From Eledone cirrhosa (lineage: Eukaryota): a stretch of 64,000 nt of DNA. Every line of letters starts with the position of its first letter. The stretch's first letter is position 1. The DNA is taken from positions 257,858,001 to 257,922,000 of the forward strand of contig OZ024740.1 of the NCBI GenBank assembly GCA_964016885.1, in the 5' to 3' direction. The position numbers and the translations under genes were made by a program. Below are positions 27,960 to 43,044 of the stretch, one piece after another. A model generated the notes under the pieces. That model ran no database searches and was not told the origin of the DNA. It saw only the letters and a program-made list of their open reading frames with translations.

Positions 27960-30900
27960 TGCTACACAATGAACATAGAGGGAGACTTCCGCGGGTCACT
28001 TGTGGAGAAAGCCCATTGAAAAAGCCCCGGTAACACTGACCACCAAGACAAGTGCCCTCTCCCAGTTCTCCATTTCCAATCTACAGGCGCATATTCAGAG
28101 CAGACCCATTCACTCAGGTCATGCTTGCTTCTCTCACCCATCTTTCCACAAATTGCTGGGAAAAGAGCACTTCCCTCTCCACCCAGATTTTCCTTTTCAA
28201 ATGAAATTTGAAAAAATTAATCAGGACATCACCGAAGAGGTAAGTCTTCAGCCCTTTCAAACGCGTCCACCACATGACCTCTTTCGCCAGGGCCACCAGG
28301 CAGTTAAAAACTGCCTGCCCTTCCTGGCTAAAGGAAAGCAGCGGGGCAATCCTCACGATGGACACAGCTGATAGTGGGATCCATTCTACTCACGACAGCA
28401 GGTGTTCGACATGAATCCACAAGTCAGACACTGGATGAGTGCGTGTAGAATGGCTTCGTCGACCTGCGCGCATTGCGGACATGCCTGGCTTAGGGCACTT
28501 CCATGCCTGTAGAGTTTATCCCGAACAGGCAAAGCTCCCCGGTAGCACTGCCAGGCCTGGGATTCTGGAAGATGTCCACGGGCCCCGGCCCGACATTTCT
28601 GTTGCTCTATCCCTCCACTAACCTTCCTTAAAACGCCAAGCTGCAGTTTCCACCACCAATCGCATCGCCCAATTGGTTGAGGTCTCTGAGCGTCTGAAGA
28701 CATTCCAATCTCCAAGCGCTCTCTCAAGGAGACGATTTAGGGAAAACTCGTCTAGCAAACGACGAACACAACTGTTCACCGTCGAGGAAGAGGTATAGAT
28801 GTCGTAGCCTGAGCGCACATCTACGCATCATCAGCCACGGCATGTATCGACCTTCAAGGTCCATTTCTGGGTGAGAGAAGCCACCCTGCTCATCACCACC
28901 TCCCAGCTTTTGTCCGTCCGGACCAAAACAGACCCCTGGCAATTTAACCGGTCTTCGATCCAGTGCCCGATGACGCTGTTGCACGGCATGGACCTTCCTC
29001 TGCAGGCGCCCAGCCAAAAGCCCACTGACTTTTCCTGGTTAATCTTAGCCCCTGTCACCGCCTCGTATTCTCTTAGTGTAGTGCCGATCGGCTCGATGTG
29101 TTTGGCGCTTGACACCACTATGGTGACGTTATCAGCATATGCTGACATGGTTTTCCCACATCCCAGTCCGTGCGGGATGCCGCTCAGCGGCTCAAGCTTG
29201 TGCAGCAATGCCTCGAGAGTCAATCCGTACAACAGGACCGAATGCATGATGTTGAACGGTTCCGAAAACTGACCGTTCACTTTCACCACAGAGCAGATGT
29301 TGCTGTATATGGCAGCGATCCAGGGACTGAAGACTGGCCCAAATCCGGCCGCACTCCGGACCGCCACCAGATAGAGATTGTCGATGCTATCAAAAGCTTT
29401 TGACTGATCAAAGTTAAATAAGGCCCTACTAATGCCATTTTCATTAGCTACCATCTCCGTGATGCATCGCATAAGGTGCAAGTTATAGTGGATGGATCTG
29501 TCTGGAAGGGCGCATGTGTGCGCCTCTCCCACCATACAACCGACGACAAGTGCCAACCTCTTTGCTAGCACCTTGGCCAAAATCTAGAACTTTGCGTTTA
29601 GGAAATTTATGGGTCTGAAATGATCTATGTTGTCCCACTTGCTCGAGTCCTTTCTCAGATACGCCACTGCACCTCGGCTCACAGAGATGGGAATTAGCGG
29701 AACAAGTCTGGCATGTGTACGTAAAGCTCATAGAGCAGACCATCCAAACGAGGTGATTTCCTCATCGTGTAGTCAGTAATTGCCTGCCGTACTTCAGCGG
29801 CCATTATCGGATTTTCGCAACACTCCGCCTCAGTGGCCGAGAGCCGTGGCAGACCGTCGAGGTAGGCGCTAACGTCCATCCCGCAATCCAGCCCTGACAG
29901 CTAATCGGAGTGCCGCTATAAAGCGGCACACATTTTCCCGGGATCGAGTAACATGCGCCCGTTGCGGTCCTCGAAAGACTGGATCGTGGCTTTGTTGCCA
30001 CCACTCGCCTCCGCCACACGGGCCCGTCTGAGACCACGCGTCCTAGCTCTGACAACGCAGCCTTCGTGCTTTACGTTGAAGATTGGTCGAGGGCCAATCT
30101 CATCGCAAGCACGTTGGTTGCGATGAGTTTACTAAATGCCTCGTCTAATTTTCTAACTAGTTCTTCTTCTCCTTTATTTTTCTCTATTGCTAATGTCTTA
30201 CTACACTTAATGGACTCTCTTCTAATCGCCCTTTTCAGAGCGAACTACCATTTGTTGTTGATGATTGCCCCCGTCACTCGCTAATCCGGTCCCTGTAGGC
30301 TTTGCGTCCAGTGAGCGACGCGTTTAGTTTCCAGTAGCCAGATGTTTATGAAGTTTCTAAGACAGCCACACAGATCACGAATTTGTGGTCCGTGTAGTCG
30401 ATTATCTTGAATTCTACACAACCTATATTAGAACTATCTACTTCCTTACAAATTACCCCATCAATATACAATCTGGATGACCTGATGAGGTTTGTCAATG
30501 TCTTCATTGGATCATTCGGGAAATCAAGTCGGTACCTGTGAGACAGTTGAAAACGTCTGAGCAGCTTTGCAAGACTTTTACACCCTCTCCCACTATCCAA
30601 TAATCCCACACAATCCCAGCGTGCATCCAAGATCCGGTTCCAATCGCCCACTAACATTAAAGAGCGGGGCGTTTCTAGGAAGGTCTCCAGTCGACTGAAA
30701 AAATTAGGCCGTCCTGCCACTAGCCTAAAAGCATAGCCTTAGCTGCTGGTCATGTCCAGTACCACCGACTTACCCTCTGGGCGTAGGAAGATGGTCCGTA
30801 TCACGATATCCAGGCCTTTCCGAAACAACACAGCGACTCTGCCTTCCGATCCCGACCGGTTTGGAGATGCGTACACCTCGTAGCCAGCAAAGCTGGATGC

Positions 30901-31110
30901 GAAGGCTCGTTCTTCTTGAAAATTCTGGTCTCGCTGATGGTCACCACACCTATGTTTATTGACCTGAGGTCGTCGAACAAGTGATCCTGCTTCCATGACG
31001 ACCCCAGGCCACGTGCATTTATGCTGCCTATTCTGAATAAGGCCATATTGAAAAAGAGTGGGAAAAGGTGGGGAAGACCACTTGCTTCAGTTCTTGTGGT
31101 GGAGGGATGG
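27960..31110 (-). mobile_element. Decayed Tx1/L1-group LINE ORF2 (APE endonuclease, RT, zf-RVT)
   Basis: MALFRIGSINARGL..TISETR, LVGDWNRILD, YTDHKFV, KSPRLDGLLYELY, FDQSKAFDSI, SAYADNVTIVV, GAKINQEKS, CPQCAQVDEAILHALIQC across frameshifted ORFs 28114-31046. Confidence 0.92.
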
Positions 31111-31229
31111 TCTTTCTGTCCTGATTGTTTTTAGCCATCTCCACAAGCATGTATTTCTATATCCTCTTGGAAAGCTCTAGCTAATGAATGCATTATTGTA
31201 TATATATGTTGCGTGAGAACCTAATCCTC

Positions 31230-31682
31230 TATAACAGATTTCATCATCTCCAGTGTCAGCTGGCAGCTGATTTCATATTGAAAAAGACTGCCGCCGTAAC
31301 AGGTCGAGGTATCTTGTGGACAGGAAAATCGAAGCTGAAAACGTGGATTTTGCCAACGACATCGGCCTGCTAGCTGAGAACAGTACGATCCTGCAAAAGC
31401 TAACAACTTCCCTGCAGCTGAACGCCAAGAAAATCAGGTTACGTATCAACATCCAAAAGCCCAAGGATGTGATGGTGGTTAGCGACCCGGGCCAGGCTTC
31501 TGAAGTTGAGGTGAACCAACAGGTGTTGGACGACGTCTACCACATCACGTAGCTTGGCAGCATCCTGAGCAACAGTGGAAACATCGAGCTGAGCCTTAAC
31601 TGTAGCATTGGAAATGCGACATCGGTGTTCCAGCGGATGCACTCGATTTGGTCAAACGCAGCCATCAGTTCGTACATCAATA
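31230..31682 (+). pseudogene. RTE-like LINE RT fragment
   Basis: VDFANDIGLLAENSTILQKLTTSLQLNAKKIRLRINIQK...*LGSILSNSG...IGNATSVFQRMHSIW. Confidence 0.75.
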
Positions 31683-32128
31683 TTTTGATGTTTTTGTCTC
31701 TCACTGATAATCCAAGAAAATCGGCTATTGAACTTCGCTATTTAATGGGACTGACGAAGATGCACATAGTATTGAGAACAAACCACTACGTCTAACCATT
31801 GTTCCAGTGACGTGAATATATATATTGATAGCTTGAAATAACAACATAAATAGTATACAGCTCTACTAGAATAATATTTAGGAACATATTTATATTACAA
31901 ACAAGAATAAAGATGTCATGTCTGAAGAAATTTCAGATACGACATATTTGAGGTGTATGTTCATATAATTTGGTTTTTCCTCTTTCACTCCTCACCCAAC
32001 AAAATCTGCTATTAAACTTCACTATTTAATTGTGAAATTTGTTCTTAAACGTAAGTATATGTTTTTACATCCTTTGAAAATGATATTTTGTTAATGTTTG
32101 ATATATCTCTGTATATGTCAATCGCTTC

Positions 32129-32172
<44 letters not shown>

Positions 32173-33351
32173 CAAAGTGGTGTGGTAAGATACCAGGTGG
32201 ACCGTAACGCACCAGAGTTCTCAATATTTAGGGTAGTAGAGTGGGTAATCGAAAAAGAGTCAGGACCCCAACGGCTGAGCAATATATATACAGGGAGAGA
32301 GAGAGAAATGTATGCATAAATATCCTTATACATAAAATACCAAAAATATACATTCAAACGTGTTTAAATATGTAGCTACACTAACCCATATGTGTATGTA
32401 TATATGTGTGTGTGTGTGCGTGTTTGTGTATATGCATATACAAACGTATAGTCACGGCATCTATCACCGGTGGCGGTTGTGGTGTCAGACGACTGTGAAA
32501 ACATCTGTCAGTGGTTAACATTGAAATGTGAATTGCTATTTGTAAGGGAATATCATAAAAAAGTCTCAACAACTGTCTTCTTTCTGTCAAGTGAATTTCC
32601 AACGCCATAATCACCTGCCACATTCCCATCTGCTCACATCTACTATCGAGATCTTCAGTTTAGTGCAATATTCGTTAGGTAGACGTCAGAAACCGTTAAT
32701 GTTGAATACATCATCCCATTTCATTGAGATATTGCTCCAATGTCTAGCAAATGTCATGTGATGAAACATAACTTTTACGAAGTGCCTTTGATTTTTTTTT
32801 TTTCATATTAAAGACAGTTAACTTTGTAAAGTTATAAATTATTATTGACTTCTCCATCTTCATTGAGCTGATTTAGACAGTTTAAGTTGCTACTTCCAGC
32901 GTCAATATAAGCCTTTCGTATTGCCCTAATACATTAAGTGGGATATATTTATATAGTGATTCAAGGATGTAACACGACATTCACCATGAGGTTTAGCAAC
33001 GGCACGGTATGTGTGATGTTTATTCAACTTCTCTCTTCATTTCTAAGAAGAAACCTTCTCCTGATGAAGAAACTGAAATTCTTCCAATATCGGTTATTCC
33101 AATGTCTTGGTATTACCGATGTTGTTGTTTGAGTTCCAGAAATAATTGTCGGGGAATTATGTAAGTAAAACCAACTTAATTTAGTCAATCTAGCTTATAT
33201 ACACCCCACCCCCCTAAAAAATGAGATTTGGCTTAAATTTAATATGTTCAGTACTTCCCTGAGTAGATAATTTAGAAATAAAGTGAAGAAAGAGCGATCC
33301 TCGGATAAGCTTCTTTCTACGCTATTTCTTCACTCAACTTCTATATATACT

Positions 33352-33510
33352 AATATTTTATTTTATTTTATTTTATTTTATTTTATTTTATTTTATTTTA
33401 TTTTATTTTATTTTATTTTATTTTATTTTATTTTATTTTATTTTATTTTATTTTATTTTATTTTCTTTTCTTTTCTTTTCTTTTCTTTTCTTTTCTTTTC
33501 TTTTCTTTTC
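33352..33510. repeat. (TTTTA)n/(TTTTC)n pentanucleotide repeat
   Basis: Direct inspection. Confidence 0.95.
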
Positions 33511-33709
33511 TCTCTCTTCTTTTTTCTCTCTCTTCTTCCCAAAGCGTAATTTAAATAAGCGGTTGTTTTTTTTCAATTTTTCGGACATTTATTTGCATAT
33601 TCACACAGAACTTTGAATTACCCTCAATAAAATGTTTCACTATCCAGCGAATTTTCAACCATCAAGGTTGTTTTCCACGGCTGTGTCACTATTTATAAAA
33701 CAAATGTTG

Positions 33710-33774
33710 TATTTTATCTGATGAAATCGCACCAAGACTGCCTTGGTTGCCCTTGAAATATATATAATAAAATA
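33710..33774 (+). ncRNA. Type I hammerhead ribozyme (base of stem II eroded)
   Basis: tattttat-CTGATGA-aatcgcACCAAGactgcCTTGGTtgccctt-GAAA-TATATA-TA-ataaaata; perfect 8-bp stem I, palindromic stem III; same family as 47813-47878. Confidence 0.75.
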
Positions 33775-33906
33775 ATTATGGTTTTATAAATATAGTTTCC
33801 ATTTATTAATATATATATTTTTTCAGTGGGTACTTAGTACCTGTGGGGATATTGATCTCATTTTATGTATATTCTTCCATGTGTAAAGAAAAAAATACAT
33901 TGTAAA

Positions 33907-33984
33907 CCATTCTGAAAAGCCGATCTTTCCATTGGAAATCCCTTGGATTCCAATCGTTTGTGACGCGAAACCATCGGTAAAAGC
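33907..33984 (+). ncRNA. Degenerate type I hammerhead ribozyme
   Basis: CTGAAAA-GC...TTGGAAATCCCTTGGATTCCAA...GC-GAAACCATCGGTA; homologous to 57504-57583. Confidence 0.45.
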
Positions 33985-34077
33985 AATATGGATAGGTAAA
34001 TAGTTAAATTGTGTTTTGAATTTATTTTGAAAGATTGTTTAAATTTTGCTTGTCCCGCTCATCTCAATTTTATATAT

Positions 34078-34520
34078 ATACTAGCAGAGGTACCCGGCGT
34101 TGCTCGGGTATTAAATACCAGTTATGTATACCATTTATGTCAATACTTCAGTGCTGCTTGGAAAACTATACTTTTACAAAATCATCGGCTTTTTCCAAAA
34201 GGAGGTTCCTGCCCCCAGGGGTCCCCTACTCAATATGTGCCAATTCTGAGAGTTCACATTTATCTGTAGAACAAACGTAGCCCATGTGTCAAGTTTTGTG
34301 AAAATCGGTTGCGAACTCCAGAAGTTATGACGTTTTGTTGCATTGCACTGCAGTGCTTCTGTCGACTCCAAGTAAGTGGTTAAAGGGGGTTATCTGCCGG
34401 GGGGCCCTATAATCAATATCTAGAAAAATGAAAATGCCCATGACCATCCGGAGTATATAAGTAACCTATGTCTTAGTTTGGTGAAAATACTGTAGAAATG
34501 CATAAGATTTACACACACGC
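34078..34520 (+). mobile_element. Non-autonomous Helentron/HINE (DINE-1-like) element
   Basis: Starts TACTAGCAGAGGTACCCGGCGTTGCTCGGG (5' hairpin typical of these elements); contains CAAGTTTTGTGAAAATCGG-type motifs; runs into a microsatellite. Confidence 0.55.
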
Positions 34521-34526
34521 GCGCGC

Positions 34527-34601
<75 letters not shown>

Positions 34602-36055
34602 TGTGTGTGTGCGTGTGTATATGTATGTGTATGTCCGTCGGCGCATACGTATGTACTGGCCTAAATCTTCACTAAATCTTCACTTACTATTTTAAGGCAA
34701 AGTTAAAATCCCGTTGAGGTTAACTTTCCCTTTCATCCTTACGGGGTCGCTAAAATAAAGTACCAGTAATGTACTGGGTGATTGCTGGCCTTGTGCCAAA
34801 AGAAGAAACAACTATTTTAATAACCTCTGTAATTTTCGTTTACAATTTTATTTACATCATTCATAAACTCCGGGGCTGGAAATCATTCGGTTATTTTAAA
34901 TAGAATATTAGTCTAACGACTCCATTTACACCATAAACTTGGTCTCGTCTTTGCATGAAATTGTTCTTCTCAGTCCACATAAAGACGTATTATCCTCGCT
35001 TTTTTTCCGTTCATTGCCAGGGAACGTCTTCACGAACCAAAATATCGTCTTCCTGTTTTCCTTCGGTTGCACTGTTTCTCGAAATATTTAATTCTGCGTT
35101 CACAGATTGAATTTTTTAGTTTAAGAAGATCCCGTTAATGTTGACAGCAACGATTCTTTGCTTAAACTTTCTTTCGCAACCCCTCTCCCTTTTTTTTCAT
35201 AACCTATCTCTCTCTTTCTCTCTTTCTCTCTTTCTCTCTTTCTCTCTTTCTCTCTCTCTCTCTCACTCATACCCCTTCTCTCTCTCTCTTAGAGATAATT
35301 TCAACATGTATGTAGTTTCATAGATTATTGAGAATGAAAATATAAACAGAGCATATAAATAAATTTACAGTAGAATAACATAACAAATATGTTTTAAATA
35401 TATACATAAATAACATTACAAATGCCTCGGTAACACTACAAAGGATGATACAATGAAAGATATATTCCTTCAATGCTACACTATTAAAGAAAATGTAAAA
35501 GAAGGGGTGAACAACGGAGCCAACACCAGAGCAAAAGACAGCAACCTCGCGAGTACTGGGCAACCTCTCTAATGATTTTTGAGGCAAGCCAGCACACTCG
35601 CAGCATTGCCTCGGGTGATGGCGAGGCTGATGCACTGAAATATTGTTTAAAAATACTTTTTAATGGAAATGAAGCAAAATGGAATCTTAATGTTGAAACT
35701 TCGAACTCGTGAATTTTACAGGTTAAAATGTTGATGGCCCGAAGCCTGTTCGCGTACTTTTGTACGTGTAGTTTGTTCGTAACGTAAATAGATTAGAAGA
35801 ATGACGCCATAAAACGGAAATAACTCGTCTCTCATCTCTATTTATACATTTGAACTGAAAAATCAATACATTACTAATTCGATTTTTACACTTGGCGTGA
35901 GTCGATTTGAAAAATGTTTTGACCGATGATCCGCCGGACCTTCATCAATAAGTGTAGCAATTTCACCGAAATTTGAACGTACGGTTTAAGAGGAGATGTG
36001 TGCCGAAGGTTTTAGTAGACAGACAGACAGACAACCTCAGTCTTATATATATATA

Positions 36056-37987
<1,932 letters not shown>

Positions 37988-38966
37988 TAAGAATTGCACT
38001 TTTTTGTGAAACTTTATTCCATATTACATTTGTTTCTATATCGATCAGCTCGGGTTTGTTTCATCATGTGATCGGATTCTTACTCTTACTTGACACTTGT
38101 ATAGATATGATAGTTTACTTGGGTGGTCATATCCATACAAAGAGCTACAATTCTTATTGTCACTCCGTATATACACTCAGCAAACTACAGCCGTCTTAGA
38201 CCTGGAGCACTACCTAACTCCCCCCCCCCCTGTTCTTGCTTTCTTTGTATTCCCACTGCATTTTAAGTTACCTTAAAAGCAACTACACAACCATTTCCAT
38301 TCTCCATATATTTCATCATGTTTTTCGCTGTGACCATTCTTCTCTCCCCCTTCTACCTACATATTTCGCCACTTTCTACTCTCACCCCTCTTTCTTCCCC
38401 TCCCTTTCTCCCTATCTACTCTGACCCTACTTTCTTCCTCTCCCTTTCTCACTCTCACTTTCACCCCCTCGTCTGACCGTTTAGCAGTTCTCTTCTCACA
38501 ACTGCGGCCATCGGACGTGTGTCTCTTTCCTCTCGACCACTCAGTCTCGAACTTAAGTTCTCTTATCTAGTGGTCTTGGATTTCCTACCTATAGTTGCTC
38601 GCACATTGCTCAGTTTGTGTTTTTTTCGCTGTTTTGTTATTGTTTCTCTTTTCTTTCCCATTGCTTTCCTTCGTTTTCCCAAGAACTTATCCAGTTATTG
38701 ATGCCCTGGGGTGAAGTGGTATCTTGTCTTTAAAGCGTAGAAATATCCTAGACACCCAGTAGACAACTGATGAGGGAAACTCCCCCCTCCCACCTCTTCT
38801 TGCTTTCTTCGTATTTCCACTGCATTTTATCTTAAATAGCAACTACGCAACCATTTCTATTCTCCATATATATATACATATATATATATAGAGAGAGATG
38901 TGTACGTGTGTTATATAGTTATAGAGGTATTTATTTACGCTTTAATTTATATTTTTAATTATCGTG

Positions 38967-39487
<521 letters not shown>

Positions 39488-39796
39488 TGTCTTATGTTAA
39501 CTATTTTCACATTTTGACGCTATAGTTACTTATATATTATGGAATACTGTTAACTTCTCGCTACAATAATTTCTATACTTTTCATTTATGTATATATACA
39601 GATAGATAGATATATAGATATATTAGGGAATGTAACGTCAAGTTATTTAATAATAGGTATGGACGAGGAGTCAAACTTTCATTAAGTCTATTCAGGTGAA
39701 ACGCGCATTTCGCGATTGGTTATCTTAATGTTCGATCTCAGTCGATCGGGCCCAACTCTGGAATAAAAAGCTTATCGGATTTCTGTTTGTAAAATA

Positions 39797-39838
<42 letters not shown>

Positions 39839-40524
39839 AGTGTGTGTGTTTGTGTGTGTATCTATGCATGTATGTATGTGTGTGTGAGTGTGTGTGTGTG
39901 GGGGGGGGGGGTTGACATCACGTGGTTAGAAGACGGTGGTTGAATTTGTAACTTTCGCCGTATTTTTGACTACAGAAAATTGTTTAAAACTAATTGTGTA
40001 TAAGTCCTGAGAAGGAAACCAAATGGCAATCACCATACATCGAAATTGAACCCACACATCTACAAGTAAAACTATTTTCAAAATGAGTAAACTGGAGCTC
40101 ATGACATTCCTATTGTTAGCGAAATACTTCAGCCACTAAGCTACGCTCCTTCACAGCTGTTTACAACAACAAAAACAGCAACAACAATAATAGCAGCAAT
40201 AGTAACAGAACATTAGTATCAGCAGCAACAAGAATATGTTTTTTAGTGAATTGCTGAGTTGAGCTAAAACCGTGATTGCGCCATTTACCAACTATCATAT
40301 TGCTATGACCTCACACACTGAATAAACACAAGTCGACATTAGAAGACCGGAAGTGTATTGGAGACGGAGATGAAACATCATCACCAAGAACAACATTAAC
40401 GCCGCCACAACAATAACAAAAGCAATAACATCAACATCGCTACAACAGCCACAAAATCAGCATCGCTGCAACAACAGCAACAACAGCAACAATATATATT
40501 ATATTATATCATGTATATTATATT

Positions 40525-40715
40525 ATTGTTTCTACTTTTGGCACAAGGCCAGCAATTACCCAGTGCATTACTGGTACTTTATTTTATCCACCCCGTAACG
40601 CTGAAAGGCAAAGTTAACCTCGGCGGGATTTGAACTCAGAATGGCAAGGGCCGTAACTCTATGCGTCAAAGCATGACGTCCGACCCTCTACCGATACTGT
40701 CAATCCACCGCCATA
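40525..40715 (-). mobile_element. Full-length tRNA-derived Nin/Deu-domain SINE
   Basis: Reverse complement of head GGCGGTGGATTGACAG, B box GAGTTCAAATCC, core and tail. Confidence 0.8.
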
Positions 40716-40837
40716 ATGTATATTATATTATGTTATTTATTTATGTTCATACATGGAAAAAAGAGCTACTTATGTTTTCAAGGCCCAATCTTGACTACCC
40801 TCCAGAAAGTGACCTAATCTACTAGCGCTTATACGAG

Positions 40838-40929
<92 letters not shown>

Positions 40930-41117
40930 ATGTAATAAACAACATAAGGCAATTATTCCATTTACCAGTGGTTTCTTAAAAGCAAAAGGTTTTGCTTTCA
41001 ATCCTCAGAACGGGAAAAAGCTGGTTTGTTTTGTTTTATATATATATATATACAATTTTCTCCCCTCTTATATATATATATTAAACTCGTATAAGCGCTA
41101 GTAGATTATATATTAGT

Positions 41118-41157
<40 letters not shown>

Positions 41158-41166
41158 CGCTAGTAG

Positions 41167-41212
<46 letters not shown>

Positions 41213-41239
41213 TTTCTCCCCTCTTATATATATATATAT

Positions 41240-41676
41240 ATAAGTTCGTGGATATAAGGATAGTTGAGAAAAGGTTTAAATTATGATGTTCATTTTTCAA
41301 AATATGCTCCATCTAGATCGGGAAACTTCTGTAAGCGTTGATACCAGCCTTTAATTTTATCTACAGAAAATGGAGACCCATGCGATTTAAACCATGTCAA
41401 AGCAGCTCTTTCTAAACCTTGAACAGGGGATCATCTTCAATCTCCTCTCTCCCATTTCTACAACGACTTGTCCATTTATAGGTTGTTGATTTCTTTGGCC
41501 AATTTTCCGCATAGACTTGCTTCAGATCGTCAATGATCAACATGCATTTAAGGGTTCATGTTAGAACGTTTTATAACTCGTTAGTAGGAGAACGTACAGG
41601 TGCATTGAGATCAAAATCCCTGCATATGATTTTTAGATATGTACATTTTAACGAACTTTTTTAAGACTCCTTGGTA
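41240..41676 (-). mobile_element. Probable internally deleted mariner-like element
   Basis: Flanked by TA runs; TCATTTTTCAAAATATGCTCCATCTAGATC resembles the reverse complement of a mariner transposase C-terminus (DLDGAYFEK*). Confidence 0.45.
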
Positions 41677-41690
41677 TGTATGTATGTAAG

Positions 41691-41814
<124 letters not shown>

Positions 41815-41959
41815 GAGCGAGAGAGAGAGAGAGAAAGAGATGCCCAGTCTATAAATATTGCCTATTTTATCATAGCAGTCTCATTGTTTTATATAATATC
41901 TTGAAATTTAGCACAAAGGTAAAGGCACATATCTTCATGAGAGTACACCATCTCATTTT

Positions 41960-42966
41960 GTTTTTCTGATTTGTGTGAGTGAATGAGATGATGTCAAGAT
42001 GGCCTTCCACTTGGAAGTCTGTCCGAAGTAAAGAGCAGTAATTGAATTCCTTGTCGCTGAAGGAGAAACGTCTGTTAACATTCCCAAGAGACTAAAATAT
42101 GTTTATAAAAGTGACGCCGTAGACTATAGTAATTTGCGTCGGTGGTCGCGTCGTTGGAATGAAGTTGACGAGGTGGGAACTGTAAGTTTAGCAGACAAAC
42201 CTCGTGCTGGCCGCTCGTCAACTTCAGTCAACCCTGCCAAGAAAGCAAAATCTTCGAATTCAGTAAAAGAGACAACTCGTTCTTTAGAAGGTTCATTACA
42301 GTGATGAAACATGGATTCATCATTATGAACCTGAATAAAAAACGCAATCAATGGAATGGCGTCACTCGACGTCTCCAAAAGTCAAAAGTTCAAGGCACAA
42401 ACGTCAGCCGGAAAAATCATAGTGACTGTCTTTTGGAATACTGAAGGAGAGATTATCATAGATTTCTAGCCAAGAGGAGACACATTTAACCCTGAATCAT
42501 ATATTGAGACACTAAAAAGACTAAAAGCAAGAATTCGACAAGTCCCAACTTGGAGATGAATGAAGCTATTCTTCAAAACGAAAATGTGAGACCCCACACG
42601 AGCATCAGGACAAAGGAGGAAAAGACTTCATTCGGGTGGACAACTGCTGCACCCTCCATAGTCACCTGATTTGGCACCATCAAATTACCACCTCTTCAAT
42701 TCCATGAAACAAGTATTGGTAGGCCACTATTATGGAAATGAGGAGCAAGTTAAAATTGCTCTCAAGAATTGGCTTCGTCAGCAGCCTACTGAGTTTTACG
42801 AAGCTGGGATACATGCTCTAATTCAAAGTTGGAATTTTGCTATCGATAGAGGTGCTAACTATTTTGAGTAGGAATGTGAACCTCTAAGGTACAACTTCAT
42901 ATTGATGTATAATACATTACGTTTTGTTCTGTATTTTTATTTCACTAAAACAAAAGGCATTACCTT

Positions 42967-42968
<2 letters not shown>
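41960..42968 (+). mobile_element. Decayed mariner (DD34D-type) transposon
   Basis: RAVIEFLVAEGETSVNIPKRLKYVYKSDAVD; DKPRAGR; SDETWIHHYEP; SAGKIIVTVFWNTEG; SPDLAPSNYHLFNSMK...FYEAGIHALIQSW..IDRGANYFE; stops and frameshifts. Confidence 0.9.

Positions 42969-43044
<76 letters not shown>

Noticed and set aside
33055-33090. CTGATGAAGAAACTGAAA as a hammerhead
   Set aside because: No convincing stems I and III around the core.
38160-38790. Possible Penelope GIY-YIG C-terminus (SVYTLSKLQPS) with pyrimidine-rich 3' UTR
   Set aside because: Only ~11 residues of resemblance; too weak to annotate, although a half-HHR follows at ~38767.
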